From Macrostomum lignano (Eukaryota): a stretch of 64,000 bases of DNA. The stretch spans positions 95,813 through 159,812 of the forward strand of contig NIVC01002364.1 in assembly GCA_002269645.1 (NCBI GenBank), written 5' to 3'. Below the pieces are notes generated by a model. That model saw only the letters and a program-made list of their open reading frames with translations, had not been told where the DNA came from and did no database searches. Of this stretch, positions 34,901 through 47,900 are shown in pieces. How positions within the stretch are numbered: position 1 is the first letter of the stretch; each line of letters begins with the position of its first letter. Made by a program: the position numbers and the translations under genes.

Positions 34901-35193
34901 TTAGGCGCGGGCCACTGAGTCCAGGTGTAATCATAGTCAACCCAGCCTGAGTGGCCAATATAAGCGCCCATACCAGCCTTAGGCACATTCACAATAACGT
35001 CGTATTCATTTGGCGACAACGAAGTAATGTAGGGAGTGTGGGTGAACCGAGAGTTCGGCACAGGAGTGAAGTAAGGCGTCATAAATCCCTGCAACACAGC
35101 CTCCCAGTTCCACCAGTACTGAGCCAGTGCCATTTGGAGTGGCATAGCTAATACCAATAGCAACATTGATCCGAGCAACCCAGTCAGTGTCAT
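28905..35193 (-). CDS. Neuroligin-like, non-catalytic type-B carboxylesterase-domain single-pass membrane protein, 709 aa. Exons 35193-34802, 33851-33480, 32297-32040, 31335-31023, 29699-28905
   Basis: Signal peptide; FLGIPYAAPP, EDCLYLN, VLIFIHGG, VTFNYRLGVFGFL, GNYGLWDQ and WVRDNIRYFRGDP esterase motifs. The nucleophile elbow reads GEGSG (no Ser), and there is a TM helix and a C-terminal ESQI. The GT-AG exons total 2130 nt in frame. Confidence 0.92.
29765..30990. repeat. GA-rich intronic low-complexity repeat
   Basis: AGGAGACAGGAGAGGGGAGAG-type units. Confidence 0.93.
31380..31850. repeat. 46-bp (2x23) intronic minisatellite
   Basis: GATTCTTAGAAAGGATCAGAGATGATTCTTTGAAAGAATCAAAGGC. Confidence 0.93.
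32330..33455. repeat. 32-bp intronic minisatellite
   Basis: GAATGGGATTAAGAATCCTGAGACTCGAGTTC. Confidence 0.95.
33885..34705. repeat. 34-bp intronic minisatellite, two subtypes in adjacent blocks
   Basis: Shared core GCTTCTGCCCTCTGC(T/A)GTGTCC. Confidence 0.95.
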
Positions 35194-35634
35194 ATTTGCA
35201 TCAGAGGATTATAATATTTACAAATACTATGTTAATTCTAGAAAATGATTTGCCAGAATAATATAACCTAGCCAAGTACTTTATTACATAAAAGAAACAA
35301 GTCATCTGCTCATTATCTACAATTTAACTAGGTTATTATGGCATAGCATGTGTCATGGCACCTTAAAATTAATTTTGGCATTGGGCCATCTTGAATTCAA
35401 ACCATGAATGCTGAGGAAACTTCAAACCAAGTGTCTTGCTGCTCAGGCACTGAAGCTATCAAGGGTAAATTGTATAGACAATTGCCCATACTTATTCAGT
35501 AAAGAATTAGGAAATTAAACATAGAATTATAAGTAGAAAAGATGACTAGGCCTATAGCAGCATAATAGCCATAGAAGAGAAACCCCATTACAACTTGGTG
35601 ACAAGGGGTGGGATTTTTTATAGAAAGGATTATA

Positions 35635-36230
35635 CTATACCTTTTCACATTCAATTTTGATCAAAGTCCAGTTCTAAAAAAACTAGCAGAAATTCAATTC
35701 AGACAATTTAGACTTGGGCCAAGTCTAACCCTAGCTCAAATTTTTTTTATTATAGGCAGGGGGGTTGTGTGCACCCTGGCGCACTGTAAGCGACATAGGC
35801 ACACAACCGGCGAGAGGCATTACTGCCCATTCCGCGACTTCCCTGAGCAGGCATACAAGCGCGCGGATACGTTACGCAGGCACACACTCACACAGGAGTG
35901 TACAGCGGCCCTAACTTTATCAATTGTTAGGCATGTACACTTCACTGCGCCTTGGGGGGTTGGCTCTCAAGGCCGTTAATTGCACAAGCGAGCCAAGCCG
36001 AGATTCTAATTCAGCCCCAAATTAATGTGGCTGCACTTGGAATCGAGCCTGGGTCGCGGCACACCAGAGCAGCTACGCTACCGCTGGGCTACGGCCCCCA
36101 ACCCTAGCTCAAAACATTCTAACCAAAGTAAGGTTTAGCCATAGACAAAATTTTCCTCAGTCTGAATTGAATTTCTGCTAGTTTTTTTTAGAACTAGACT
36201 TTGATCAAAATTGAATGTGAAAAGGTATAG
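35635..36230. mobile_element. MITE with ~70-bp TIRs and TA flanks (Tc1/mariner-like), interrupted by a SINE
   Basis: 35635-35704 is the near-perfect reverse complement of 36160-36230, with TA on both sides. Confidence 0.8.
35741..36099 (-). mobile_element. Full-length tRNA-derived SINE
   Basis: Head has an A-box TAGCCCAGCGG and a B-box GGCTCGATTCC, there is an A-rich tail, and a 14-bp TSD AACCCTAGCTCAAA lies at 35727-35740 and 36100-36113. Confidence 0.85.
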
Positions 36231-36355
36231 TACTACAACAACTTAGTGGCATTAGTGAGAGTAGAATAAGGAAACAAAGAAATCTACAACATATATTAGG
36301 CCTATTTTCTAATATGATATTTGATTATATTATTATAAGAAACTTCAAATCACTT

Positions 36356-36472
36356 GGCCATTTCTATTGGCAACACACACATATAAGTTGCTATTGGCTG
36401 AGAGCAGTCATATGACTACTATTCTGTCCAATAGCAACTTACATGTATGTGTGTTGCCAATAGAAACAGCCA
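36356..36472. repeat. Fold-back hairpin (~45-bp arms), possible tiny MITE
   Basis: TTTCTATTGGCAACACACACAT-ATAAGTTGCTATTGG pairs with CCAATAGCAACTTACATGTATGTGTGTTGCCAATAGAAA. Confidence 0.7.
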
Positions 36473-39400
36473 GATAATGACAAGCCATAAAAGGTTAAAT
36501 GGAAAAATTCTCATTGCTTTTTATATGAAAAAGTGCCTTTATAGAACACTTTCTACCTATAACATGCCTTGCCTACAAGACTAGCATGGGTCAGCTATTT
36601 TGTTGCAACTGTGCTGCACAATACTGCAATGATTATAAGACAAGAATACATGGCAATTTTCTTTCTCATTGATTTCTTGAATGGAATAGGAGTACAAGTA
36701 TTCAATATATGGTTCTATGACTATTTATTTCTAGATAAGGCTTAGGTACTCAAATACTTAATAGGCTCTACTACTCATCCCCTATAAAGACTATTACTTA
36801 TTTCTACTTATAAAATATTGCTTCTCATTGTAGGGAGAGATATTTATGCTAGAATTGGTGCCTCTAGGCCTTTTAACATCTAAAATCCAAAAATATACGT
36901 TTACTTTTTGGCAAAAAAATCTGCTTATCTGTGTATCTGTGTATCTTTCTTGGTCAATATTTTTTGTTTTGCATATGCATTTTTGGGGCCATATGGGTTT
37001 TTGGCCCCTTGAAAATTTCATTAGCAACAGAATTTTAGGCATCAGGGGCCAATCTGGCAACTTCATTTTCTTTGTGCCAGTTGCCAATTTCAAAAAATGA
37101 TTTTGTAAGTGTAATAAAAGTGCCATATAAATTAATATGATGGAATTATTAGTTTGTTATTATTTGCAGAATATATAGCAATCTTAAAGTTAAGAGAATT
37201 AATTTTTGCTTTTCAAATGTAGCCTTGGAAAAATCTATCCTTTAGAATTTGTCTAAATTTGGCTAGTTGCCAATAGGCAACCAAAAATAGCCATCGGCAA
37301 CTAGATTTTGAGCCCCAAGGCCAGCTGGCAACTGGATTTCTAACCTTAAAAAACCCAGTAATCTGCACGCATGATATATGAAGTAGGCCTACACCTTGGG
37401 ATAGGGGGTTGGTATAGGCTTCCAAACAATCTGGGGACAAGACGATCCAACGAAAGACAATCCAGCAATAGTCAAATCCACAATAGACAATCTAATAACA
37501 AATTTTGCATTGTATTTTATGGATTTTAGATACAAACAAAATTTAACATGAACTCTATTTTTTATTTTATATGTAGATAATTTATTTGGGACAACTAATA
37601 TCTTTTCTAAAAAAATAATAGGCCTTACATTATGTCCATTTTCTAACAGTTTTGGCCATGACACATCAAATACATTTCAATGTAATAATGTATCTGCAGA
37701 TGAAAAACTAGTATGTGGCCTTTAGTGAAAATAAAGAATGCATCAATTTAATGTAGTTTCCCATTTTTAAGCAATACATGTATATCATGTGTACATGTGT
37801 GCTAGTGTATGCTTCTGTTTTATTAATTACTAGTAGGACTATCTACTAAGAACCTTTACTATTCTTTGTGCCTGATAAAATGCCTATTACAATTCATACA
37901 TGTAAATTAGCCAATTAATAACCATGTTAAATTCGCGCGCAAACTAGAAACTAATTTTAGCATTTGTTTTACTACGTAAAATATTATCAATAAATATTTT
38001 TGTTATAAACATAGCCATCTATAACAGTATATATACAAGTGAATTTTGCCCAAATAAAAGTAACCTTTTCTTGCACTCAAAATATTTGTGTGCTATAATA
38101 TTAGTTTGTTCTATATTCTTAGATAAACTTTGAAATCTTATTGAGTTAATTATTTTAAGGAAAGAGGGAGTAACAGTGCTCAGAAAATTGCTAAGAGAAG
38201 GGATTGGGAGATATACAAAGGAAATTCAAAGAGTTGTGCTGTGACCCTCTAATCCCAGTGAATGCCCGATTAGGACTATCTACTAATTCATGTACCAATA
38301 CTAGACCACTCAGGCCATAAGCTACCAGAACACTACCAGAAACGCTACTAAGAACGCTACCCAGAAATATTCAAATGAAATTCTAAGAAACAGTTAGAAA
38401 CATTAGGGCAAGATTTAGTGTCAGCAGTAGAAATTTAATAGAGGAAATTAAAAACCTGTCATAGCTGGTGGTAATTAGTAGGATATTTGGAGGACAGAAG
38501 TAAGCCCTACAACAACTTTGGTGGCAGCGGTGGGATTTTGTATCGTACGGGAACCACACCTAGCACAACTTGGTGTCAGCGGTTGAGATTATCTAGAGAG
38601 ACCAGAAAGGCCTAGCACACATGCATAATCATTATAAAAAACAAGCTATTAATAGTTGGTCGAAATCGGCACATTTTGACCCTGGTAAATTCCAATTCAT
38701 GGAACTATTTTTGCATTCATTCTAATAAATAATAAAAACTAATAACAATAATAGCAATTATAGGCCTAATAATTATAACAATCAAAGCTCTTTCTAATCT
38801 GTTTAAATAACAATAGCTGTTTATATGTATTAGCTCTTTGCTACAATTTTTGCCAGATTGACTGTTGCCAGATCGTCTGTTAGGCCTACTGGATCGTCCT
38901 GTTGCCAGATTGACTAGATACCTTGGCTTGGTATATGGGCACTGGCCCACTGGGTGAGGGAGGATCCATGGTTACACTGTACGAAAATGTTTGCTAGTTA
39001 ATCTTTTATGCTTGACCTCAACTTATAGACGCGTGTATGATGCTAGTGGCAGGGGGCCTACCTAACCAGTCATTTTTACAGTACAGTATACTATAGTGTA
39101 CTGAACAGACAGAACAGTACATTGTACTGTACACTGTAAAACTGTACAGTAAAAACAACGATAGACTTCGTAGTTAATCTTTGATAAGGGAGCAATGTAG
39201 GCTATATAGCATATATATTGACTATCAATATATTTAAATCTCGTGCCCATAGTGCTTCCGCTTTAACATCTTTATATGCTAGCATAAACACACTACACTA
39301 CACTAGTTTAAATTCTGTTCCGCCTCTTTTCTTGGAACATGTGGACTTTTTGAAAAAACGTATAAATTGTACATCTTAACAAATTTAAAAACTTCATACC

Positions 39401-40388
39401 TACAATTTAATTGCTTTTATAGTAAAACAATGTTTTTTTCTTCAAAAACATATTTATTATTTTTCATTTTTTATAATATCATTGATAGGTAATACATAAA
39501 AGTTTCTGTGCATACTTTTAACATTAAAATTTTCTTTCATTTTAATAACCTATTCTTAATTAATATAACCGTGCAGCCTAATCCCAGTCAACAACTTGTC
39601 ATTTATCTCTTTTTTATTTTTCATTCAAAAAAGATTCAAAAAATATTCTTTTTGGGTAAGAATAGTGAATTTTCACGTCTCAGGCATTCAACAGAATGAT
39701 ATTCTTCTGGAAAAATCGATCAATACCAATACAGTTAGTTGTCGGGGGCATTGTTTACAAAGTATGTAGTCAGTAAGAAGCTTATTGTTGTTTCTCGTTG
39801 TTGTTAGGAATTCTTTTTGACTGATTACTACTGGGTAAAGTATACTGAAAATTTAATTCTTCGACCCCATACAAGTGTTAGCAGTATTTATTAACTGGCA
39901 TGAGTTGCGTGTTGCATCTTGGATTTTCGACTGATGCGATAACAATAACAAGCATCAGTTAACTCAGATGATAAATTTGATCTATCCCGATTAAAATAAA
40001 CTTGGATAAACTATAAAATGAGTTTCATTGTTTTTAGTACTAGCAGCATCTTTGAATCATAATGTGCGCTCGTAGTAGTGACTACGTGACTACTGGATGT
40101 ACGAGCTACGTATAGATTACTGCAATATCTTCTTGCGGAACATTATTTAATGTTTATTTTATTACGCACTGTCGACACAGTAATGAAACCAAAAATTGTA
40201 TCTTAGCTATTAGATAAATTTCTAAATGTCTTTCCAATCAAAGTAATTTTAGCTGCCTAATGTGTAAGAAACAAAGTTTTTCAAATTGCAATTTTTTATT
40301 TTAATGTTTTTTTTTCTGTACTATAAATACCTGTCTTATGTACAAAACTTTAAGACTTTAATAATGCAAATATTTTTTCAGCTTAAAT

Positions 40389-40661
40389 ATGGCCGCCGCA
40401 GCCGCCGATGGAGCAGCAACAGCTGCCACCTGTGTCCGACCGAAGGCCTGGAGCGAACAGGTGGAGGACGCCTACCGATTCCAGTTGGCCGGCTACCGGG
40501 ACGCCCAGGAGTACCGGTCTGTGCGTGGAAGCGATCCAGAACGCTGGAACGGCTCCGGTTTTATTAAAAAGCTCGAACGACGCGACGGGAGTTTCTATTA
40601 TTTTAACAAAGTTCGAGAATGCGCTGACAAAGAAGTTCAACAGTGCAAGCTGTACCACTAA
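40389..40661 (+). CDS. MEIG1: Meiosis-expressed gene 1 protein
   Basis: 90-aa ORF with the family signature ([18 protein letters not shown]...[29 protein letters not shown]). Confidence 0.95.
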   Translation: MAAAAADGAATAATCVRPKAWSEQVEDAYRFQLAGYRDAQEYRSVRGSDPERWNGSGFIKKLERRDGSFYYFNKVRECADKEVQQCKLYH

Positions 40662-40974
40662 AGCTGATTAAATGTGAAATGAACGTGAAAGGTGAACTGC
40701 CGAATTTTCAGTGTGACTTTTCTTCTATTTTCTAATTTTCTTAGATTTTTACTGCACAATGTTTTGTCTGTACTACAAACTATAATATCTATTTTTTCTG
40801 GACCGTACTTATTTTGCCATAGTTGGTAAGCATTACACATTATACACATGTCTGCAGAACAGTGCACTGTAGTGTAGGGCAGTTGGGGGTTGCTCCTCCA
40901 AAAACGAAATCACAGGAGCTTGAATTAGTTGTAGTTGCAACTTAGTAAACTAGTTGTAAAGCTTACTTGGGTTC

Positions 40975-41295
40975 CACTGAGGGGACTCCACCGAGGGGGA
41001 TTCCAGTGAGAGGGATTCCGCTGAGAGGAGGATTTCCCTGAGAGGGATTCCACTGGAGGTGATTTCCCTAAGGGGATTCCATTAAGGGGGATTCGATTCC
41101 ATTGAGGGGGGTTACACAAAGAGGGGTTTCCAAAGAGGGAGGTTCCACTAAAAGTGGGATTTCCCTGAAGGGGATTCCACTGAAGGGGATTCCACAGAGG
41201 GGGATTCCACTGAGGGGGATTCCATCAAGGGGGATTCCACAAAGAGGAGATTTTACTGAGGGGGTTTTCCCTGAAGGGGATTCCACTGACAGGGA
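40975..41295. repeat. Degenerate GGGGATTCC repeat cluster
   Basis: Directly visible; related to 50100-50570. Confidence 0.85.
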
Positions 41296-41965
41296 TTTAA
41301 CTATGTTGGCCTAAGTAACCCTAGTGTGTAAAGCTACATACGAGTAGATCTTTACGAACATTTGTCCGATGATAAATAGGGTAATTATTGCGAATGTAAT
41401 AAATTCATATGATATAATACGCTCGTACAAACAAACAACAATTTAATCTTTTATTTTTTTATACTACTTTTTTATATTTTTTGCCTCGTGTATACCAGCC
41501 TTTGCACTTTTATTTGACTCAAACAGAAATTATCAGTTGGCAATATCGACTTATACAATATACACGAAATTAAAAGCAATATCTCGTAATAAAGCCTGTT
41601 TGTCTCTATCGATCTATGAGTACAATAGATATGTTCGTTATCGTTCAACGTGAATACAGCGCTTACCCTGAAAGCTCTAAAAATTATCAATACTAAATGA
41701 AAGCCAAACAATTTTTACGAGGTTTTCAAACTGAGACAGGGAAGAATGAAAGTTAGAAAGCCAGTTCATTGATCAATGACTCACGACAAACCACCTGGCC
41801 AGTGAGGTTTAAATAACAGAGGTTTCGGCCATAGACATTGATGTTAGCAAAAATCATTTACAGCACAGCACGACTAAGCTTATATAACGAATTCATCCCA
41901 TATTAAAAACTGGCTTGTATATTTACTATATATAAAAAAATTGAAACTTTCAACAAATCGAAATA

Positions 41966-44900
41966 ATGGATGCCCAGACTGTTCGACTGGCGAGTTTCAG
42001 AGCCGAGGAGCTGGAGAACTTTGTCAGACACCCAAAGACTCGGCCTGCGCACCTCTCCAGCCGCACCATGGAGGCGCTCTTAATCGGCCATCCGCTCACT
42101 CGAATGCCTAAGGAGGCTTTCCGGTCTGCCGACGAAGGTGAGAGTTCGGCCTTCTGCTGAACCGGATGTAGCGCTGTTCCCTTGAGTCAATTCCTAGATA
42201 TATTTACCGGAAGTTCAGTCGTTCCCTGAATAAAAATCGGACAACTCTTCTTCTAGGGGAAGAAGACACGAAATTAACAGCCCGCTGTACACTCCTGTGT
42301 GAGTGTGTGCATGTGCGTGTGACTGCGTACGCATCCGCGCGCTTGTGTGCCTGCTCAGGGGAGTCGGCGGAATGGGCAGTAATGCCTCTCGCCGGTTGTG
42401 ACAATGTCGATTAAAGTCCGCCAGGATGCACACCACCCCTGCCTCTAATAAAAAAAATAGCAGTCTCTTCCTGGCTTTTCAAATTAATCAGTTCTTTGAA
42501 CTCAAAATTATGAGCCAATTATTTTTCATCTTAAGATCAATGATTAGTTATTTATGTTGGCAACAGATATGCATTCAAAAAGTTTTGTTTCGTTGACGCA
42601 TTTGCTAATTGAAGTTGCGCGAAAGCAAAATGCTGTCTGCATGCTGACGCCACAGGTAATTACTAGCTGGTCGAGGGGGGCTTAGAAATTTTTTGATAAT
42701 AGCTTTAATTTTCAGATACACCTGCATTGACGAATTAACAGGTGGCACCGAAGCACTGATTTCTCTATTGCATCTGTTAGCTGGAAACGCCACAATGTCA
42801 GGGTAATTTGTCAGTAAATTGGTTTATCCAGGGTGTAACTGTGATGTTTCGCACCGAAAAATATCTATGAATGTTGCAGTAAGGGGGTTTATCATAAGCA
42901 GGGGGCAGTGTGCACCCTGGCGCACTTTAAGGCACAACCGATTCAGGGCCACTGAGCTAGCTGCTAAAAATAGCTACGACCGCCTACGAATATAATTAGG
43001 GAATCCAAATCGTATTGAAATCTTCGAGAGAAGACAGTGGTAAATACCTGGATGCTAAAAATAGTTATCATGGGAATCCCCGTGGTAGTAAATCCGACAA
43101 TTTAGTGAGAACGAATTAGCTGCTAAAAATAGCTATAATTGCAAATTGCCAGGGAATCCTAATCGCATTGAAATCGTCGTAAAGACGGTGGTAAATATCT
43201 TGGGTACTAAAAATAGCTATCATCGGAAATCCCGGTGCTGGTAAATCCGACAATTCAGTGAGAATGAACTAGCTGCTAAAAATAGCTATAATTAGGGAAT
43301 CCCAACCGCATTGAAATCGTCGAGAAGAAAGTGGTAAATACCTGGATGCTAAAAATAGCTATCAGGGGAAATCCCGGTGCTGGTAAATCCGACAATTCAG
43401 TGAGAATGAATTAGCTGCTAAAAATAGCTATAGTTAGGGTATCTCTGTGTGTTCAGATCTCAAACAAGACGATACAAAAGCTGTGGCCATCAAACCGCAC
43501 TCTCACACAGGCAAGTCCGTCAGTGAAACGTTGAGCCTGAGCGAGCTGGGCAGCTCTCTGATGAACCTGTTCAGACGCCTGCTGGTGCCCTACATCCTGG
43601 CCTTCATAACTTGCACCTTTCTGTACCGCCTGTACCTCAAATTCAGTGACGAAGATGCTTTTTCTATGCGGATGCAAGGCCGTCCTAAAGGACGAAAATG
43701 TGAAAAAATTTCCCCCATTTATCCGAATAAAATCATTTGCTACGGGATCCTTGGTTTTACCTGCTTGTTTTTTACTGCGCTCGCCAGCTCGATTCGAAAA
43801 TTAGCTATTCGGTTCACCGACTTTATTGCGCTTCGAACTATCACCATGGCAACGTGTCATATCATGAGCCGGATTAGGCATTTGTATGGTCTGCTGCAAA
43901 CCACGGATCCCAATTGTGAGCCGACGTACTCAAAATTTTGTATTCTTTGAAAATCAACGCCCTCCAGGTGGCGCCATTCTTTATTGGGTCCTTCCGGTGG
44001 CGCCGTTACTTTATTGAATCCTTCAGGTGGCGCCATTCTTTATTGAGTCCTTCAGGTGGCGCTATTCTTTTATTGAATCCTTCAGGTGGCGCCACTCTTT
44101 ATTGAGTCCTTCAGGTGGCGCCATTCTTTATTGAATCCTTCAGGTGGCGCCATTCTTTATTGAGTCCTTCAGGTGGCGCCATTCTTTATTGAGTCCTTCA
44201 GGTGGCGCCATTCTTTATTGAATCCTTCAGGTGGCGCCATTCTTTATTGAATCCTTCAGGTGGCGCCACTCTTTATTGAGTCCTTCAGGTGGCGCCATTC
44301 TTTATTGAATCCTTCAGGTGGCGCCATTCTTTATTGAGTCCTTCAGGTGGCGCCATTCTTTATTGAATCCTTCAGGTGGCGCCATTCTTTATTGAATCCT
44401 TCAGGTGGCGCCATTCTTTATTGAATCCTTCAGGTGGCGCCATTCTTTATTGAAACCTTCGGGTGGCGCCACTCTTTATTGAGCCCTTCAGGTGGCGCCA
44501 TTCTTTATTGAGTCCTTCAGGTGGCGCCATTCTTTATTGAATCCTTCAGGTGGCGCCATTCTTTATTGAATCCTTCAGGTGGCGCCATTCTTTATTGAAT
44601 CCTTCAGGTGGCGCCATTCTTTATTGAATCCTTCAGGTGGCGCCATTTTTTATTGAATCCTTCAGATGGCGCCATTCTTTATTGAGTCCTTCAGGTAGCG
44701 CCATTCTTTATTGAGTCCTTCAGGTGGCGCCATTCTTTATTGAGTCCTTCAGGTGGCGCCACTCTTTATTGAGTCCTTCAGGTGGCGCCATTCTTTATTG
44801 AATCCTTCAGGTGGCGCCATTCTTTATTGAGTCCTTCAGGTGGCGCCATTCTTTTATTGAATCCTTCAGGTGGCGCCACTCTTTATTGAATCCTTCACGT

Positions 44901-47900
44901 GGCGCCACTCTTTATTGAATCCTTCAGGTGGCGCCACTCTTTATTGAATCCTTCAGGTGGCGCCATTCTTTATTGAATCCTTCAGGTGGCGCCATTCTTT
45001 ATTGAATCCTTCAGGTGGCGCCACTCTTTATTGAATCCTTCAGGTGGCGCCACTCTTTATTGAATCCTTCAGGTGGCGCCACTCTTTATTGAATCCTTCA
45101 GGTGGCGCCATTCTTTATTGAATTCTTCAGGTGGCGCCATTCTTTATTGAGTCCTTCAGGTGGCGCCATTCTTTATTGAATCCTTCAGGTGGCGCCATTC
45201 TTTATTGAATCCTTCAGGTGGCGCCATTCTTTATTGAATCCTTCAGGTGGCGCCATTCTTTATTGAATCCTTCAGGTGGCGCCATTCTTTATTGAATCCT
45301 TCAGGTGGCGCCATTCTTTATTGAGTCCTTCAGGTGGCGCCATTCTTTATTGAGTCCTTCAGGTGGCGCCACTCTTTATCGAGTCCTTCAGGTGGCGCCA
45401 TTCTTTATTGAGCCTTCAGGTGGCGCCATTCTTTATTGAATCCTTCAGGTGGCGCCATTCTTTATTGAATCCTTCAGGTGGCGCCATTCTTTATTGAATC
45501 CTTCCGGTGGCGCCGTTACTTTATTGAATCCTTCAGGTGGCGCCATTCTTTATTGAGTCCTTCAGGTGGCGCCATTCTTTTATTGAATCCTTCAGGTTGC
45601 GCCACTCTTTAATGAGTCCTTCAGGTGGCGCCATTCTTTATTGAATCCTTCAGGTGGCGCCATTCTTTATTGAATCCTTCCGGTGGCGCCGTTACTTTAT
45701 TGAATCCTTCAGGTGGCGCCATTCTTTATTGAGTCCTTCAGGTGGCGCCATTCTTTTATTGAATCCTTCAGGTGGCGCCACTCTTTAATGAGTCCTTCAG
45801 GTGGCGCCACTCTTTATTGAGCCCTTCAGGTGGCGCCATTCTTTATTGAGTCCTTCAGGTGGCGCCATTCTTTATTGAGTCCTTCAGGTGGCGCCATTCT
45901 TTATTGAATTCTTCAGGTGGCGCCATTCTTTATTGAGTCCTTCAGGTGGCGCCATTCTTTATTGAATCCTTCAGGTGGCGCCACTCTTTATTGAGCCCTT
46001 CAGGTGGCGCCATTCTTTATTGAATCCTTCAGGTGGCGCCATTCTTTATTGAATCCTTCAGGTGGCGCCATTCTTTATTGAATCCTTCAGGTGGCGCCAT
46101 TCTTTATTGAATCCTTCAGGTGGCGCCATTCTTTATTGAATCCTTCAGGTGGCGCCATTCTTTATTGAGTCCTTCAGGTGGCGCCATTCTTTATTGAGTC
46201 CTTCAGGTGGCGCCACTCTTTATCGAGTCCTTCAGGTGGCGCCATTCTTTATTGAGCCCTTCAGGTGGCGCCATTCTTTATTGAATCCTTCAGGTGGCGC
46301 CATTCTTTATTGAATCCTTCAGGTGGCGCCATTCTTTATTGAATCCTTCCGGTGGCGCCGTTACTTTATTGAATCCTTCAGGTGGCGCCATTCTTTATTG
46401 AGTCCTTCAGGTGGCGCCATTCTTTTATTGAATCCTTCAGGTTGCGCCACTCTTTAATGAGTCCTTCAGGTGGCGCCATTCTTTATTGAATCCTTCAGGT
46501 GGCGCCATTCTTTATTGAATCCTTCCGGTGGCGCCGTTACTTTATTGAATCCTTCAGGTGGCGCCATTCTTTATTGAGTCCTTCAGGTGGCGCCATTCTT
46601 TTATTGAATCCTTCAGGTGGCGCCACTCTTTAATGAGTCCTTCAGGTGGCGCCACTCTTTATTGAGCCCTTCAGGTGGCGCCATTCTTTATTGAGTCCTT
46701 CAGGTGGCGCCATTCTTTATTGAGTCCTTCAGGTGGCGCCATTCTTTATTGAATTCTTCAGGTGGCGCCATTCTTTATTGAGTCCTTCAGGTGGCGCCAT
46801 TCTTTATTGAAACCTTCGGGTGGCGCCACTCTTTATTGAGCCCTTCAGGTGGCGCCATTCTTTATTGAATCCTTCAGGTGGCGCCATTCTTTATTGAATC
46901 CTTCAGATGGCGCCATTCTTTATTGAGTCCTTCAGGTAGCGCCATTCTTTATTGAGTCCTTCAGGTGGCGCCATTCTTTATTGAATCCTTCAGGTGGCGC
47001 CATTCTTTATTGAATCCTTCAGGTGGCGCCATTCTTTATTGAATCCTTCAGGTGGCGCCATTCTTTATTGAATCCTTCAGATGGCGCCATTCTTTATTGA
47101 GTCCTTCAGGTAGCGCCATTCTTTATTGAGTCCTTCAGGTAGCGCCATTCTTTATTGAGTCCTTCAGGTGGCGCCACTCTTTATTGAGTCCTTTAGGTGG
47201 CGCCATAACCTCTTACTGCGCCATTAACGTGACCCTGTTAACTAATATTGTTTTAGTTTAGTAAAGACAATTCTAGTTAATAAATTTGTGATTATTAATT
47301 ACACCAGCCATCAAAGACAGGCCAAAGCCAATAAGCTACCACATCTGCTATCTGTTTGAGTCGTTTCTGCGCAGCCGTCTGCTCATGCTCGTCTGCAACT
47401 GCGTCCCGATCCTGCTCTGCATCATCTGCGTCATGGTGGACACCAGAATGGAACAACTGCTGATTCGATGGCAGCTCCTTATTGGTGAGACAATTAGCCA
47501 ATCTGCCAGTCTGCTTCCAATCTGCCAGTCTGCTTCCAGTCTGCCAGTCTGTTTTCAATCTGCCAGTCTGTTTCCAATTTGCCAGTCTGTTTCCAATCTG
47601 CCAGTCTGCTTCCGATCTGCCAGTCTGTTTCCAATCTGCCAGTCTGTTTTCAATTTGCCAGTCTGTTTCCAATCTGCCAGTCTGTTTCCAATCTGCCAGT
47701 CTGTTTTCAATCTGCCAGTCTGTTTTCAATTTGCCAGTCTGTTTCCAATCTGCCAGTCTGTTTCCAATCTGCCAGCCTGTTTCCAATCTGCCAGTCTGTT
47801 TTCAATTTGCCAGTCTGTTTCCAATCTGCCAGTCTGTTTCCAATCTGCCAGTCTGTTTCCAATTTGCCAGTCTGTTTCCAATCTGCCAGTCTGTTTCCAA

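Noticed and set aside
36030-36099. tRNA gene
   Set aside because: A and B boxes are present but there is no clean acceptor or anticodon stem. It continues into a repeated body with an A-tail and TSD, so it is a SINE head.
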